A stretch of DNA of 64,000 bases from a bacterium (GTDB taxonomy: Bacteria > Myxococcota_A > UBA9160 > UBA6930): assembly GCA_024226235.1 (NCBI GenBank), contig JAAELW010000062.1, positions 12,700-76,699 on the forward strand. The letters are read 5' to 3'. Shown here in pieces: positions 18,117 to 26,942 of the stretch. The notes beneath the pieces were generated by a model. The model saw only the letters and a program-made list of their open reading frames with translations, ran no database searches and had not been told where the DNA came from. The position numbers were made by a program, and so were the translations under genes. Within the stretch, counting starts at the first letter, position 1. Each line of letters opens with the position of its first letter.

Positions 18117-18908
18117 CTACTGTGGAGACGGCCAATCGTCGGGACGGGTGAGGGCGTCCGTGCCCCCATCACAGAAGATCACCGAGCCCACGAAGAAGCG
18201 GGCCTCGGGCCCGAGCAGGAAGGCAAGCAGAGCGGCAATTTCTTCGGGTTGCCCATCTCGCCCGATCGGCAGCGGGAAGGCATCCATGTGGGGGCCGATC
18301 ACCGGATCGGCACGGCCTTCAGCGACCATCGCGGTCAGGGTCTTGCCCGGTGCAACGGCGTTCAGGTTGATGCCCTCGCCTATCCATTCCGGAGTCGGTG
18401 CGCTTCGCCGCACCCAGTGCGCCAATGCGGTCTTCGTTGCGGGGTAGGCGGCGATGGATCCCACCTGGTCGCCGAGTTCGCGTGCGGCCCCTTCGTCGCC
18501 ATTCAGGCAAGAATCGACCAGGGCCTTCGATACCATGCCGGGTGGCACGGTTGTCGTGGAGTTGGAGCTCAATACCACGGCAGCGGGAGCCTCGGACCGG
18601 GCCAGGTCTTCGCGCAAGCCCGTGAGCAGGTCGATCGTGCCGAAGTAGTTCAGGCTGGTGATCAGGCTGCCCGGGCGGTCGGGCAATCCGGAGAGGCCGG
18701 CGCAGGGCACCAGCCCGTCGAGCACCCCACCTGACAGGTCGCGGATCTGCGCGATGGCGTCGGAACGCCCACTTGGAGTGGCGAGGTCGGCGACGATCTC
18801 GGCTTGTTGTACGTCGATACCGATGACGCGATGCCCGGCTTCGACCAGCCGTTCGCTGAGGGCGGCTCCGATGCCCGACGCAGACCCGGTGATGGCGATG
18901 GTCTTCAT
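18117..18908 (-). CDS. SDR oxidoreductase, 3-alpha-hydroxysteroid dehydrogenase/carbonyl reductase-like
   Basis: ATG 18908 with GGAG upstream. MKTIAITGSASGIGAALSERLVEAGHRVIGIDVQQAEIVADLATPSGR closely parallels the N-terminus of Comamonas 3-alpha-HSD/CR as I remember it. The catalytic YPATK is present. Confidence 0.8.
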   Translation of the reverse strand: MKTIAITGSASGIGAALSERLVEAGHRVIGIDVQQAEIVADLATPSGRSDAIAQIRDLSGGVLDGLVPCAGLSGLPDRPGSLITSLNYFGTIDLLTGLREDLARSEAPAAVVLSSNSTTTVPPGMVSKALVDSCLNGDEGAARELGDQVGSIAAYPATKTALAHWVRRSAPTPEWIGEGINLNAVAPGKTLTAMVAEGRADPVIGPHMDAFPLPIGRDGQPEEIAALLAFLLGPEARFFVGSVIFCDGGTDALTRPDDWPSPQ

Positions 18909-18956
18909 GGCGGTCTCCAACGGATGCGGGCAAATCTCACCCGGTTCAGGTGGACG

Positions 18957-19670
18957 CTAACACGTGAGGCGCCGCTCGAATGCGTACTCGCTCATCGGGT
19001 GCACCTCGATCTTGCCGAGATCGAGGAATTGCTGGACGTGTTCGAACATTCGTGCCTGACGGGCCTGGAGCTCGAGGTCGTTGCCTAACGAGTCGTAGAA
19101 GACGTGTGGGTCGGTGAGGGCGCCGGTCGGGAAGCCCTCTTCGACGAGGGCGTCCCAGGCGGGTGCGCCTTCCGTCAGGGGGCGGATGATTTCGTTGCGT
19201 ATGTAGTCGAACGTGCTCTGGGTTTCGATGGCGACATCCCGAAACCGCTGGTGCCAGTATTCGATGAACGCTCCGTGGCCCATGCCGGACTTGCGGGTGA
19301 TGCAGCTGACGAGATGGAAGCCTGGCGTCCGCTCCCCCGGTCGGCTGAATTCGTTCACCGGAACGAGCGGGCGCGATTCCACCACCAGGTAGCCGGCCAG
19401 ACGATCGCAGGTTTCTCCGAGCAGTTTTTCCAGAGGCCCTCGCTCTTGTGCCTGGTCCAGCCAGAAAGTCGCGAGGCCGGCTTTCGGCGGATCCATCTGG
19501 CCGATGCGCAGGGCCGCACCCGGAGCGACTTCGTCATCCACGACGGAGATCTTCAGGAAGCGCGCGCCCGACGCGAGCAGCTCGGGTGCTGTTTCGGCGA
19601 GCAGCCGTTCGGCGAAGGTTCGGTCTGTCTCGCCGGCGCGTTTCCAGAGGACGTAAGCGAGCTTCTCCAA
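18957..19670 (-). CDS. tandem EthD-like (dimeric alpha/beta-barrel) domain protein
   Basis: Two EthD-like halves (MEKLAYVLWKRAGETDRTFAERLL... and FHLVSCITRKSGMGHGAFIEYWHQRF...). The TTG start lies 2 nt after the RND stop. Family assignment is by eye only. Confidence 0.5.
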   Translation of the reverse strand: MEKLAYVLWKRAGETDRTFAERLLAETAPELLASGARFLKISVVDDEVAPGAALRIGQMDPPKAGLATFWLDQAQERGPLEKLLGETCDRLAGYLVVESRPLVPVNEFSRPGERTPGFHLVSCITRKSGMGHGAFIEYWHQRFRDVAIETQSTFDYIRNEIIRPLTEGAPAWDALVEEGFPTGALTDPHVFYDSLGNDLELQARQARMFEHVQQFLDLGKIEVHPMSEYAFERRLTC

Positions 19671-19672
19671 GC

Positions 19673-22600
19673 TCAGCGGCCGCCTGCCACAGGTGCGGTT
19701 GCGGCGCGCACAGGCAGGCCGCGCATGCGTCGGACCAGCCTGTCCGCGCGTGTCGTCGCGCTATCCATCAGGCTGTAGAAGACGGGTACCACGACGAGGG
19801 TGAGTAGAGTCGAGGTCGCCAGGCCGCCGATCACGATCACGGCCATCGGAGCCCTGAATTCCGCACCTTGCGCGTTCGTGAGTGCCATCGGCAGCAGGCC
19901 GCAGATCAGCGCGAGGGAGGTCATCAGGACGGGCCGCATGCGCACAGGACCCGCCCGAAGGATGGCTTCGCGTTTCGGGATGCCTTCGCTGCGCAGTTGG
20001 TTGGTGTAGTCGACCACCAGGATTCCGTTCTTCATCACCAGGCCCATGAGTACGAGCAGTCCCATCGCGCTCATGATGTCGAACGACAGCCCGCCGATCT
20101 TCAGGGCCAGGACTCCGCCGATGAACGAAAGTGGCGCGGATAGCATGATCACCAATGGTTGGGTCAGCGAGTTGAAGAGCGAGGCAAGGATCATGTAGAT
20201 CGAGAGCATCGCCAACCCCATTCCAAAGACGATGTCGCGAAGAGCCTTGGCCATCGAGTCGGCCTGTCCGTCGCGCTTCAACGAATAGGGGCGTTCGATG
20301 CCCAGATCGGTGGCCCACTCCTCGACCACGGCCATGCCTTCGCCCAATGAAGCTGTCGTGCTCGTGTTGGCGCGAACTTCGATCTTCCGTTTGCGTCCGC
20401 TGCGCAGCACTTCGACGGCCCCTTCTTCCATTCGCAAGTTGGCAGCGCCCGCCAGAGGCACGAGCTCGCCACGGAGTGACCGCACGCGAATCAGGTCGAG
20501 CTTCGAGGGATCGTCCCGGTATTCCGGAAGCACCTGCACGCGCACGTCATACCGGTTGCCACCGTCCTCGAAGGAGCCCACTTTCTCACCCGCCAACAAG
20601 GTTCGAAGCGTTTGGCCGAGCTGCACGGCCGAAACACCGAGATCAGCGGCGCGGCCCCGATCTACATCAAGGGTGATCTGGGGTCGCCCGGACTCGAAGG
20701 AGCCCTGAACGTCAACGAAACGCGGGTCATCGTCCAGGAGCTGGAGCAGTCGACCAGAGAACTCCTCCAGTTTGGCCATGTCCGGTCCCTGAATGGCGTA
20801 CTCGATCTCGGAACGGTCGCCATCGCCCTTGAACTCCGGATGTCCGACACTCAGCTGAAGTGCGGATGGCGCAGCTTCCGCCGCGATCACACGCAGTTCT
20901 TCGAAGATCTGATCGACGTCCTTCGTGCGCTCCTGCTTCTTCGTCAGGTAGACCTGGATGCCGGAGAGGTGGGGTTCGTGTTTCTGGGAGTCACCCGCAA
21001 TGGCAAGGGAATTGAGGACTTCTGGATGTTGCCGGATCGCTCGATCCATGCGCTGGAGCATCTGCTCGGTGACAGAAAGGGGAGTTCCGACCGGAAGCTT
21101 GACCCGGACGAATGCTTCATCCATGTCGCCAAGGGTGTAGAAGTTGAACGGCAAGGTCGTCATCACTCCGCAGCCCGCGCCAACGACCAGGCAAGTAGCA
21201 ACGACCGCCACGGCCCGGTGAGCGAGAGACCGTTCGAGGATTCGCCGGTAGCCGTTTTCGAGGCCCCTGAGGGCAGACTCGAAGAAACGGAAGACTCCGC
21301 CTTCCTTTGTCATGTCCTTGCTGAGCATGCGGCTCGCGAGCATGGGTGTCAGAGTGAACGCGACGAGCGTAGAGACGCAGACGGCCACGACCACGGTCAC
21401 TCCGAACTCGTAGAAATAGCGCCCCATCGTGCTGGTCATGAAGAAGATCGGCACGAAGACACCGCAGACAGCCAGGGTGGTGGAAGTCACAGCCAGTGTG
21501 ACCTCCCGGGTACCTGTCAGCGCGGCATCGAAGGGGCGCATTCCACCTTCCACTTTTCGGAAGATGCTTTCGAGTACCACGATGGCGTCATCGATCACGA
21601 GCCCGATGGCGAGAGATAGCGCCATCAATGTCATGTTGTTCATCGAGAGATCGGCCAACAGCAGGAAAGTGAAGGCCGCTATGATGCTCGCCGGAATGGC
21701 CAAAGCAGAAATGAAGGTCGAGCGGAAGTTCCGGAGGAAGAGCAGCACCACGACCACGACCAGGCTCGAGGCCAGGACCATGTCGAATAGGACCGATGTC
21801 ACCTGGTTTTCGATGATCTTCGCGTAGTCCCGTACGATTTCGAGCTGCACGCTATCTGGGATCTCGTCGCGAATGAGCGTGACCTCGTGCCGGATTTCCC
21901 GCGCGGCAGCGACGAGGTCGGATCCACTCTGCTGTTGGATCTCGATCGCGACGCCCGGCTGCCCGTTCAGTTGGACGACACTTCGGGCCTCGGCCATCCC
22001 GTCCTCGACGACAGCGACATCGCGCAGATGCACCAGCCGTCCGCCGCGCTCGGCGACGATGATCTCGCCGAACTCCTCGACGCTGCGCGCCTTGCCCTGG
22101 GTGGTGACGGACCACTCCCGGGTCGCTCCTTCGATCCTGCCACTGGCCAGCTCTGCATTCTCTCGTCGAAGTGTGCTGGATACGTCCTCGATCGCGAGCC
22201 CATAGCCGGTCAGGCGCAACGGATCGAGCCAGATACGCACTTCGCGCTCACGGGAACCCTCGATGTTCACCGCGCCGACACCGCCGATCCGTTCCAGTCG
22301 CTCCTTGACTCCATGTTCGGCGATGTTCGAGATCTCACGGATGTCGACTGGCCCGCCGAGCACCAGGGTCATGAAGGACATCGAATCCAGGTCCCACTTT
22401 TCGACCATCGGATTTTCGATATCCAGTGGAAGTTGCGCCCGCGCCAATGCGACCTTGTCGCGCACCTCCTGAGCCTTCACATTCACGTCGGAGCCGAGTT
22501 CGAATTGCACGAACACCCGGGAGAGCCCCTGAGACGAAGTGGAGCTCATCTCCTCGATGCCATCGATCTGGTTGATGGCTTCTTCGATGACGTCCGTGAC

Positions 22601-22786
22601 TTCCCGCTCCACGGTTTCGGGCGACGCTCCGCGCAGCTCGGTCATCACGGACAAGAACGGAAAGTCGATATTCGGGTCGAGCTTCATCTCCAGACGCGAC
22701 ATCGAGATCAGGCCGATCACGACCAGGCCCAGGATGAGCATCGCCGCGAAGACAGGTCGGCGGATGGAAACCTCCGAGAGGTTCAC
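19673..22786 (-). CDS. RND efflux transporter permease (AcrB/HAE1-like)
   Basis: 1037 aa with 12-TM RND architecture and a typical N-terminus (SIRRPVFAAMLILGLVVIGLIS). Confidence 0.93.
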   Translation of the reverse strand: MNLSEVSIRRPVFAAMLILGLVVIGLISMSRLEMKLDPNIDFPFLSVMTELRGASPETVEREVTDVIEEAINQIDGIEEMSSTSSQGLSRVFVQFELGSDVNVKAQEVRDKVALARAQLPLDIENPMVEKWDLDSMSFMTLVLGGPVDIREISNIAEHGVKERLERIGGVGAVNIEGSREREVRIWLDPLRLTGYGLAIEDVSSTLRRENAELASGRIEGATREWSVTTQGKARSVEEFGEIIVAERGGRLVHLRDVAVVEDGMAEARSVVQLNGQPGVAIEIQQQSGSDLVAAAREIRHEVTLIRDEIPDSVQLEIVRDYAKIIENQVTSVLFDMVLASSLVVVVVLLFLRNFRSTFISALAIPASIIAAFTFLLLADLSMNNMTLMALSLAIGLVIDDAIVVLESIFRKVEGGMRPFDAALTGTREVTLAVTSTTLAVCGVFVPIFFMTSTMGRYFYEFGVTVVVAVCVSTLVAFTLTPMLASRMLSKDMTKEGGVFRFFESALRGLENGYRRILERSLAHRAVAVVATCLVVGAGCGVMTTLPFNFYTLGDMDEAFVRVKLPVGTPLSVTEQMLQRMDRAIRQHPEVLNSLAIAGDSQKHEPHLSGIQVYLTKKQERTKDVDQIFEELRVIAAEAAPSALQLSVGHPEFKGDGDRSEIEYAIQGPDMAKLEEFSGRLLQLLDDDPRFVDVQGSFESGRPQITLDVDRGRAADLGVSAVQLGQTLRTLLAGEKVGSFEDGGNRYDVRVQVLPEYRDDPSKLDLIRVRSLRGELVPLAGAANLRMEEGAVEVLRSGRKRKIEVRANTSTTASLGEGMAVVEEWATDLGIERPYSLKRDGQADSMAKALRDIVFGMGLAMLSIYMILASLFNSLTQPLVIMLSAPLSFIGGVLALKIGGLSFDIMSAMGLLVLMGLVMKNGILVVDYTNQLRSEGIPKREAILRAGPVRMRPVLMTSLALICGLLPMALTNAQGAEFRAPMAVIVIGGLATSTLLTLVVVPVFYSLMDSATTRADRLVRRMRGLPVRAATAPVAGGR

Positions 22787-23886
22787 GGCCCCGTCACATT
22801 TCGGGCAGCCTGGACCGGCTCACGCAATCGGATGCGGACGCCCTCTGAGATGTTCGAGGCGTCGCGGCCACCCACCACCAGATCGCCTACGGAAGCGCCG
22901 TGGAGGATCTCCACATCCGATTCTGTCCGGATGCCTATGCGCACTGGGACCTTCCGGACGACTCCGGCGTCGACGCGCATCACATAGGTGCGTCCGTCAC
23001 GTGTCAGGACCGAGGAGCGATGGATGACCGGCCGCGTTTCGGGGCGGCGGGTGTGCAGCTCGGCGCGGACGTAGGAGCCGGCCTTCACCAGTCCGGAAGG
23101 ATCGAGCACCGCGCCGCGCACTTGATAGGTGCGTGTCTGGGGATCGACCCGGGCGGTTACCCGATCGACACGGCTCTCGATGGGATCGGCGAGGCCTTCC
23201 GCGAAGAGCCTCACCGAATCGCCGGCACGGACGGGTGCCGGAGCGGCCTCCGGCACGTCCACGATGAACTCGAGAGCGCCACTTTCCTGCAGCATGAGTA
23301 CCGGCGCTCCGATCGACATGCTTCCCTCATGAGCGCTTCGTTCGACGATGCTGGCCGAATAGGGTGCGGTGATCAGTGTGCGGTCGAGGTTGCGTTTTGC
23401 CCGGTCGAGGCCGGCCTGGCCCTGGCGGACGCGGGCGCGGGCGACTTCCGCCTGGGTCCGAATCTTGTCGTAACGCTGTCGGGAGGCTGCATTCAACTCG
23501 ACCAGCTTGGCGATGCGATCGGCCTCGGCATCTGCATTCCGACTTTCGGCTCTGCATAGAGCGAGCCCGGCGCGGGCCTCCGCGAGTGCCATTTCGTAGG
23601 GTTCCGGATCGATCTGGAATAGCGGTGCGCCTTCCTCTACTGCATCGCCCACATCGACGTACACCCGCGTAACGCGGCCGTTCACTTCGGATCCGATTGC
23701 AGTGATGCGCCGGGCTTCGATCGAGCCGGATGCGGCGATCGTCGCGTGCAGCCGGTCGCTTCGCACCCGCTCCAGGGTGACTCGGCGAGGGGCATCCTCT
23801 TCTGCACCCGCGGTGGTTCCGACCACTCCGGCCAACAGGGCCAGGCCCAGGCCATGGGTGATCGCATTCCGCTTCAGCTTGTTCAT
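22783..23886 (-). CDS. RND efflux periplasmic adaptor (MFP/HlyD family)
   Basis: 367 aa with a signal/anchor N-terminus, then lipoyl-like, coiled-coil and beta-barrel pattern. It has 4-nt overlaps with TetR upstream and RND downstream. Confidence 0.9.
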   Translation of the reverse strand: MNKLKRNAITHGLGLALLAGVVGTTAGAEEDAPRRVTLERVRSDRLHATIAASGSIEARRITAIGSEVNGRVTRVYVDVGDAVEEGAPLFQIDPEPYEMALAEARAGLALCRAESRNADAEADRIAKLVELNAASRQRYDKIRTQAEVARARVRQGQAGLDRAKRNLDRTLITAPYSASIVERSAHEGSMSIGAPVLMLQESGALEFIVDVPEAAPAPVRAGDSVRLFAEGLADPIESRVDRVTARVDPQTRTYQVRGAVLDPSGLVKAGSYVRAELHTRRPETRPVIHRSSVLTRDGRTYVMRVDAGVVRKVPVRIGIRTESDVEILHGASVGDLVVGGRDASNISEGVRIRLREPVQAARNVTGP

Positions 23887-24542
23887 CGAGGAGCTCCGTC
23901 GGTCTGGCCATGAGCGCTGGCGGCCATGCCGTGAAATAGGATGTCGAGACCGCAGTCGACCAACTCATCCGTCACATCGATCCCGTTCGGGTCGAGCAGC
24001 TGGTCGATCAGCCCCATCGAATGGACGTGCAGGATGTCCGCGGCGCGTACCGGATCGATGCTGGATCGCAGCTCACCCGTCTCGATTCCGAGTCGCAGCG
24101 CCTCGACCAGGTACTTGCGGTGGAGTTCGATGGATTCCCGGACCTCGCGGCTTCCGGCGACCGTCAGCAGGACCTGGTGGTCGATCTGCAGCATGGAGCG
24201 GGCCATCGGGTTGTCGCGGGCGAAGGCCAGGGCCTTTCGCTGGACGTCGGCGATGGCCGGCAGGACGCCGGCTTCGCGGGCCAGCACTTCGTCGAGGCGC
24301 GAGACCTCCGACCACTCGGCGAGGGTCAGTCCCAGCACGCGCTCGAGGATCTGCTCCTTTCCGCTGAAGTGGTGGTAGACGATGCCCTTGGAGACAGCGG
24401 CTCGGGCGGCGATCGCCTCGACCGTGGTCTTCGCGTAACCGGCCGAGCTGAAGCACTGGCTGGCGGCTTCGAGGATCCGCCGGCGAGTCCGTGCGGCCCG
24501 ATCGATCTTCGGAGGGGCCACCACCGGGGTAGGCTGAGACAT
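23883..24542 (-). CDS. TetR/AcrR-family transcriptional regulator
   Basis: N-terminal HTH RILEAASQCFSSAGYAKTTVEAIAARAAVSKGIVYHHFSGKEQIL. It is the first gene of the pump operon. Confidence 0.88.
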   Translation of the reverse strand: MSQPTPVVAPPKIDRAARTRRRILEAASQCFSSAGYAKTTVEAIAARAAVSKGIVYHHFSGKEQILERVLGLTLAEWSEVSRLDEVLAREAGVLPAIADVQRKALAFARDNPMARSMLQIDHQVLLTVAGSREVRESIELHRKYLVEALRLGIETGELRSSIDPVRAADILHVHSMGLIDQLLDPNGIDVTDELVDCGLDILFHGMAASAHGQTDGAPR

Positions 24543-24572
24543 GAACGAATTGTACGAATTATACCCAATTTG

Positions 24573-24595
24573 TCAAATTTGATGACTACAAGTCA
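24573..24595. promoter_or_regulatory. candidate TetR operator / promoter region: adjacent perfect palindromes
   Basis: TCAAATTTGA (24573-24582) and TGACTacaAGTCA (24583-24595) lie in the AT-rich 138-bp gap immediately upstream of the TetR start. Confidence 0.3.
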
Positions 24596-24680
24596 CTCAG
24601 CTGCCAAAACAACGATCACTTCGATCTGCTGCTGGAGCAATCCCATGCTGGAGGGCTCGAAGATCGTGCCGGACGAGGTC

Positions 24681-25868
24681 TTAGCGAACGCGTTCGCCTT
24701 CTTTCAACAGCCAGGGCACCGACGCGGCAAGCACCAGCGCAAACAAGCCGCTCGCGCGATAGGGGATGTTCGGGCCGAAGGCATCCATGGCTGCGCCCAG
24801 GGCCACGCTCGAGAGCACTCCGGCCAGGCTGTAGCCGAACATCGCGAGTACGCCCTGGGCCGTGGCGCGAAGTCGTTCTGGCACGATCGTCTCCGCGTAG
24901 AGAGCGGTTCCGATCGTGAGCCCAGCAATCACCACACCGTGGAGTAGCTGCAGCGCGAAGATCCAGAGCAGGTCGTCCACCAGCGAACACATCAACCAGC
25001 GAAACCCATCGGCCGCCACCCCCATTGCGACCAGGAAACGCGGACCGAGGCGGCGAAGGATGTCGCCCGATACCCAGACGAGCGGAATCTCGACCAGCAG
25101 CATCGGGATCCACATCTGCGAAAGCGTGTCGATGTCTCCTCCATGAGCGCGGATGAAGACTGGGAACATCAGGATCGGGCCCTGCAAAGCGAGGAATGCC
25201 AGGAACGCGAATACGAGCAAGCGCCGGTAGGGGCCGTGGGAGAGCAGGGCACGCAGATCGCCGCGCTGTGCCCGGGCACGCATCGCTGGCGTTTCCGGCA
25301 TCCGCCTGGCCGCAACGCTGGACACGAGTGTCAGGGCTGCCGCTCCCAGGAAGATGATCTCGAGCCCGGGCTCCGAGGGGCCACCTGGTACGGTGGTGAC
25401 CTGCCGATCTTGCTGCCAGAGGTCGAGCACGAATGGGAAGCCGATGACCAGCAGCAGATATCCGAGCGTCCCGAACGCGCGTACCCGTCCGAAGCGTTCA
25501 GCTGCTCGTTCGCCGATCGCCGCCAGGCTGACTGCATTGCCGATCGGCATGATCGAGGTTCCGAACAGCGAGACTCCCGCCATCGCCAGCAGCAGCACCG
25601 TGAACGAGTCGGCCTGAGGCAGAAGTGCGTAGGCGCACGCGTTGCCAAGCGTAAGGGCTACCAGGATCGCCCGTCGCGAACCGGTGCGATCGGCCAACTG
25701 GGCCCAGATGGGCTGGCAGAGCATCCCCATCAGCGGCCGCATCGCCAGCACCAGGCCGACCTGTAGACCGGTCAGGCCCATGTTTTCGCGGAAGTAGAGG
25801 GCCTGGAACGGGAAGATCAGCCCCAGCCCCGACATATAGAAGAACCAGAACGTCGAGACCCGAGGCAC
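24681..25868 (-). CDS. MFS transporter
   Basis: 395 aa, polytopic, 12-TM-like, with an MFS loop motif (LADRTGSRR). Confidence 0.85.
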   Translation of the reverse strand: MPRVSTFWFFYMSGLGLIFPFQALYFRENMGLTGLQVGLVLAMRPLMGMLCQPIWAQLADRTGSRRAILVALTLGNACAYALLPQADSFTVLLLAMAGVSLFGTSIMPIGNAVSLAAIGERAAERFGRVRAFGTLGYLLLVIGFPFVLDLWQQDRQVTTVPGGPSEPGLEIIFLGAAALTLVSSVAARRMPETPAMRARAQRGDLRALLSHGPYRRLLVFAFLAFLALQGPILMFPVFIRAHGGDIDTLSQMWIPMLLVEIPLVWVSGDILRRLGPRFLVAMGVAADGFRWLMCSLVDDLLWIFALQLLHGVVIAGLTIGTALYAETIVPERLRATAQGVLAMFGYSLAGVLSSVALGAAMDAFGPNIPYRASGLFALVLAASVPWLLKEGERVR

Positions 25869-25912
25869 CCGTCCAGGATGACACCCGGACAGGTCCGCGC
25901 CATTCTTACTGC

Positions 25913-26182
25913 ATGAGGAGATTCAAGGCGGAGGAATGGGCGACGGTGCGGGAGGCAGGAAAGATGCAGTTCCTCATCCGCTATGGATTCCTCGGCAGAG
26001 GGCTGCCGCTTGGCTTGATCACCGCTTTTGCCGTCGATGTGTATCGCGGCGCCCAGTTTCCAGACATGCTTCAGAGTGCAGATTTCTACGGCCTGTTGGC
26101 CTTCTGTGTCGCAGTCTTCACCGCCAGCGGCTCCCTCGGTGCCAATGCCAACTGGGTAGTCCACGAGCGTCGCCACGGCTGA
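25913..26182 (+). CDS. small hypothetical membrane protein
   Basis: 89 aa with two hydrophobic segments (LPLGLITAFAV, FYGLLAFCVAVFTASGSL). I recognise no family. Confidence 0.45.
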   Translation: MRRFKAEEWATVREAGKMQFLIRYGFLGRGLPLGLITAFAVDVYRGAQFPDMLQSADFYGLLAFCVAVFTASGSLGANANWVVHERRHG

Positions 26183-26249
26183 GGGCAATCTTGCGACGGA
26201 CCTGGACTGGCTCGACCTCCAGATCCGTACGCTCTGTGTCCACGATGAG

Positions 26250-26942
26250 ATGGGCCGGCTCAGTTCCTGGAATGGTGTGCCAGGCGGAGACCCGGCCGCA
26301 CCTGCCTTCTTCTTCGGTCGCACCCGCCATGGCAATCTCTGGCGGATCCGGAACGATCTTCCGGACGGACTGGTGCGTGAACTCGCCCGCCTCGCTTCGG
26401 CCGAGCGCACGACTGAAGATCTCGAGGCCAGGCCCGAGCGATTGCCGGCAATCCGGGAAAGATTGGAAGCGTGGGCGCCCGTCCGGCGGGTCTGGCACGG
26501 GCCGGCTTTTCGCTTTCCCGAGACGCTGCCGCCCGATCCTGGGAATGGCGTCTGGCTTTCCGGAGACAGTCTCGAACGGCTGGTGGAGCCCTTCCCGCAG
26601 CTCTCAGAAGGCTGGCGGGGGCGCGAGCCGTGCGTGGTGGCCATCGAGCGAGGCCGCATCGTTTCTGCATGCTATGCGTCGACGGAAACCGCACCGGCTG
26701 GCGCGGCGGAGGCAGGTGTTGAAACCGCACCGGCTGGCGCGGTGGAGGCAGGTGTCGAAACCGCGGCCGATCGTCGCGGGTCCGGCCTGGCCGGGCCCCT
26801 CGTGCTTGCCTGGGCACGCGAAGTGCGCCGCCTCGGTCGCATTCCGCTCTACAGTACGGCCTGGGAGAATCGCGGGTCTCGCAAGCTCGCTCTCAAACTC
26901 GGGCTTGTTCCCTTCGCGAGCGATCTCAGCCTCTACGTCTGA
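26250..26942 (+). CDS. GNAT-like N-acetyltransferase-fold protein
   Basis: The C-terminal EAGVET..RRGSGLAGPLV...YSTAWENRGSRKLALKLGL resembles the GNAT acetyl-CoA-binding core. It contains the in-frame tandem repeat listed below. Confidence 0.6.
   Translation: MGRLSSWNGVPGGDPAAPAFFFGRTRHGNLWRIRNDLPDGLVRELARLASAERTTEDLEARPERLPAIRERLEAWAPVRRVWHGPAFRFPETLPPDPGNGVWLSGDSLERLVEPFPQLSEGWRGREPCVVAIERGRIVSACYASTETAPAGAAEAGVETAPAGAVEAGVETAADRRGSGLAGPLVLAWAREVRRLGRIPLYSTAWENRGSRKLALKLGLVPFASDLSLYV
26685..26764 (+). repeat. 36-bp in-frame tandem repeat, about 2.2 copies
   Basis: gaaaccgcaccggctggcgcggcggaggcaggtgtt (26685-26720), gaaaccgcaccggctggcgcggtggaggcaggtgtc (26721-26756), then gaaaccgc (26757-26764). 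There are 2 mismatches between the full copies. It encodes ETAPAGA(A/V)EAGV. Confidence 0.92.

Noticed and set aside
26933-26942. A 10-nt convergent overlap of the GNAT-like and cbiX 3' ends.
   Set aside because: Short convergent overlaps are common in compact GC-rich genomes. There is no hairpin or other signal there.
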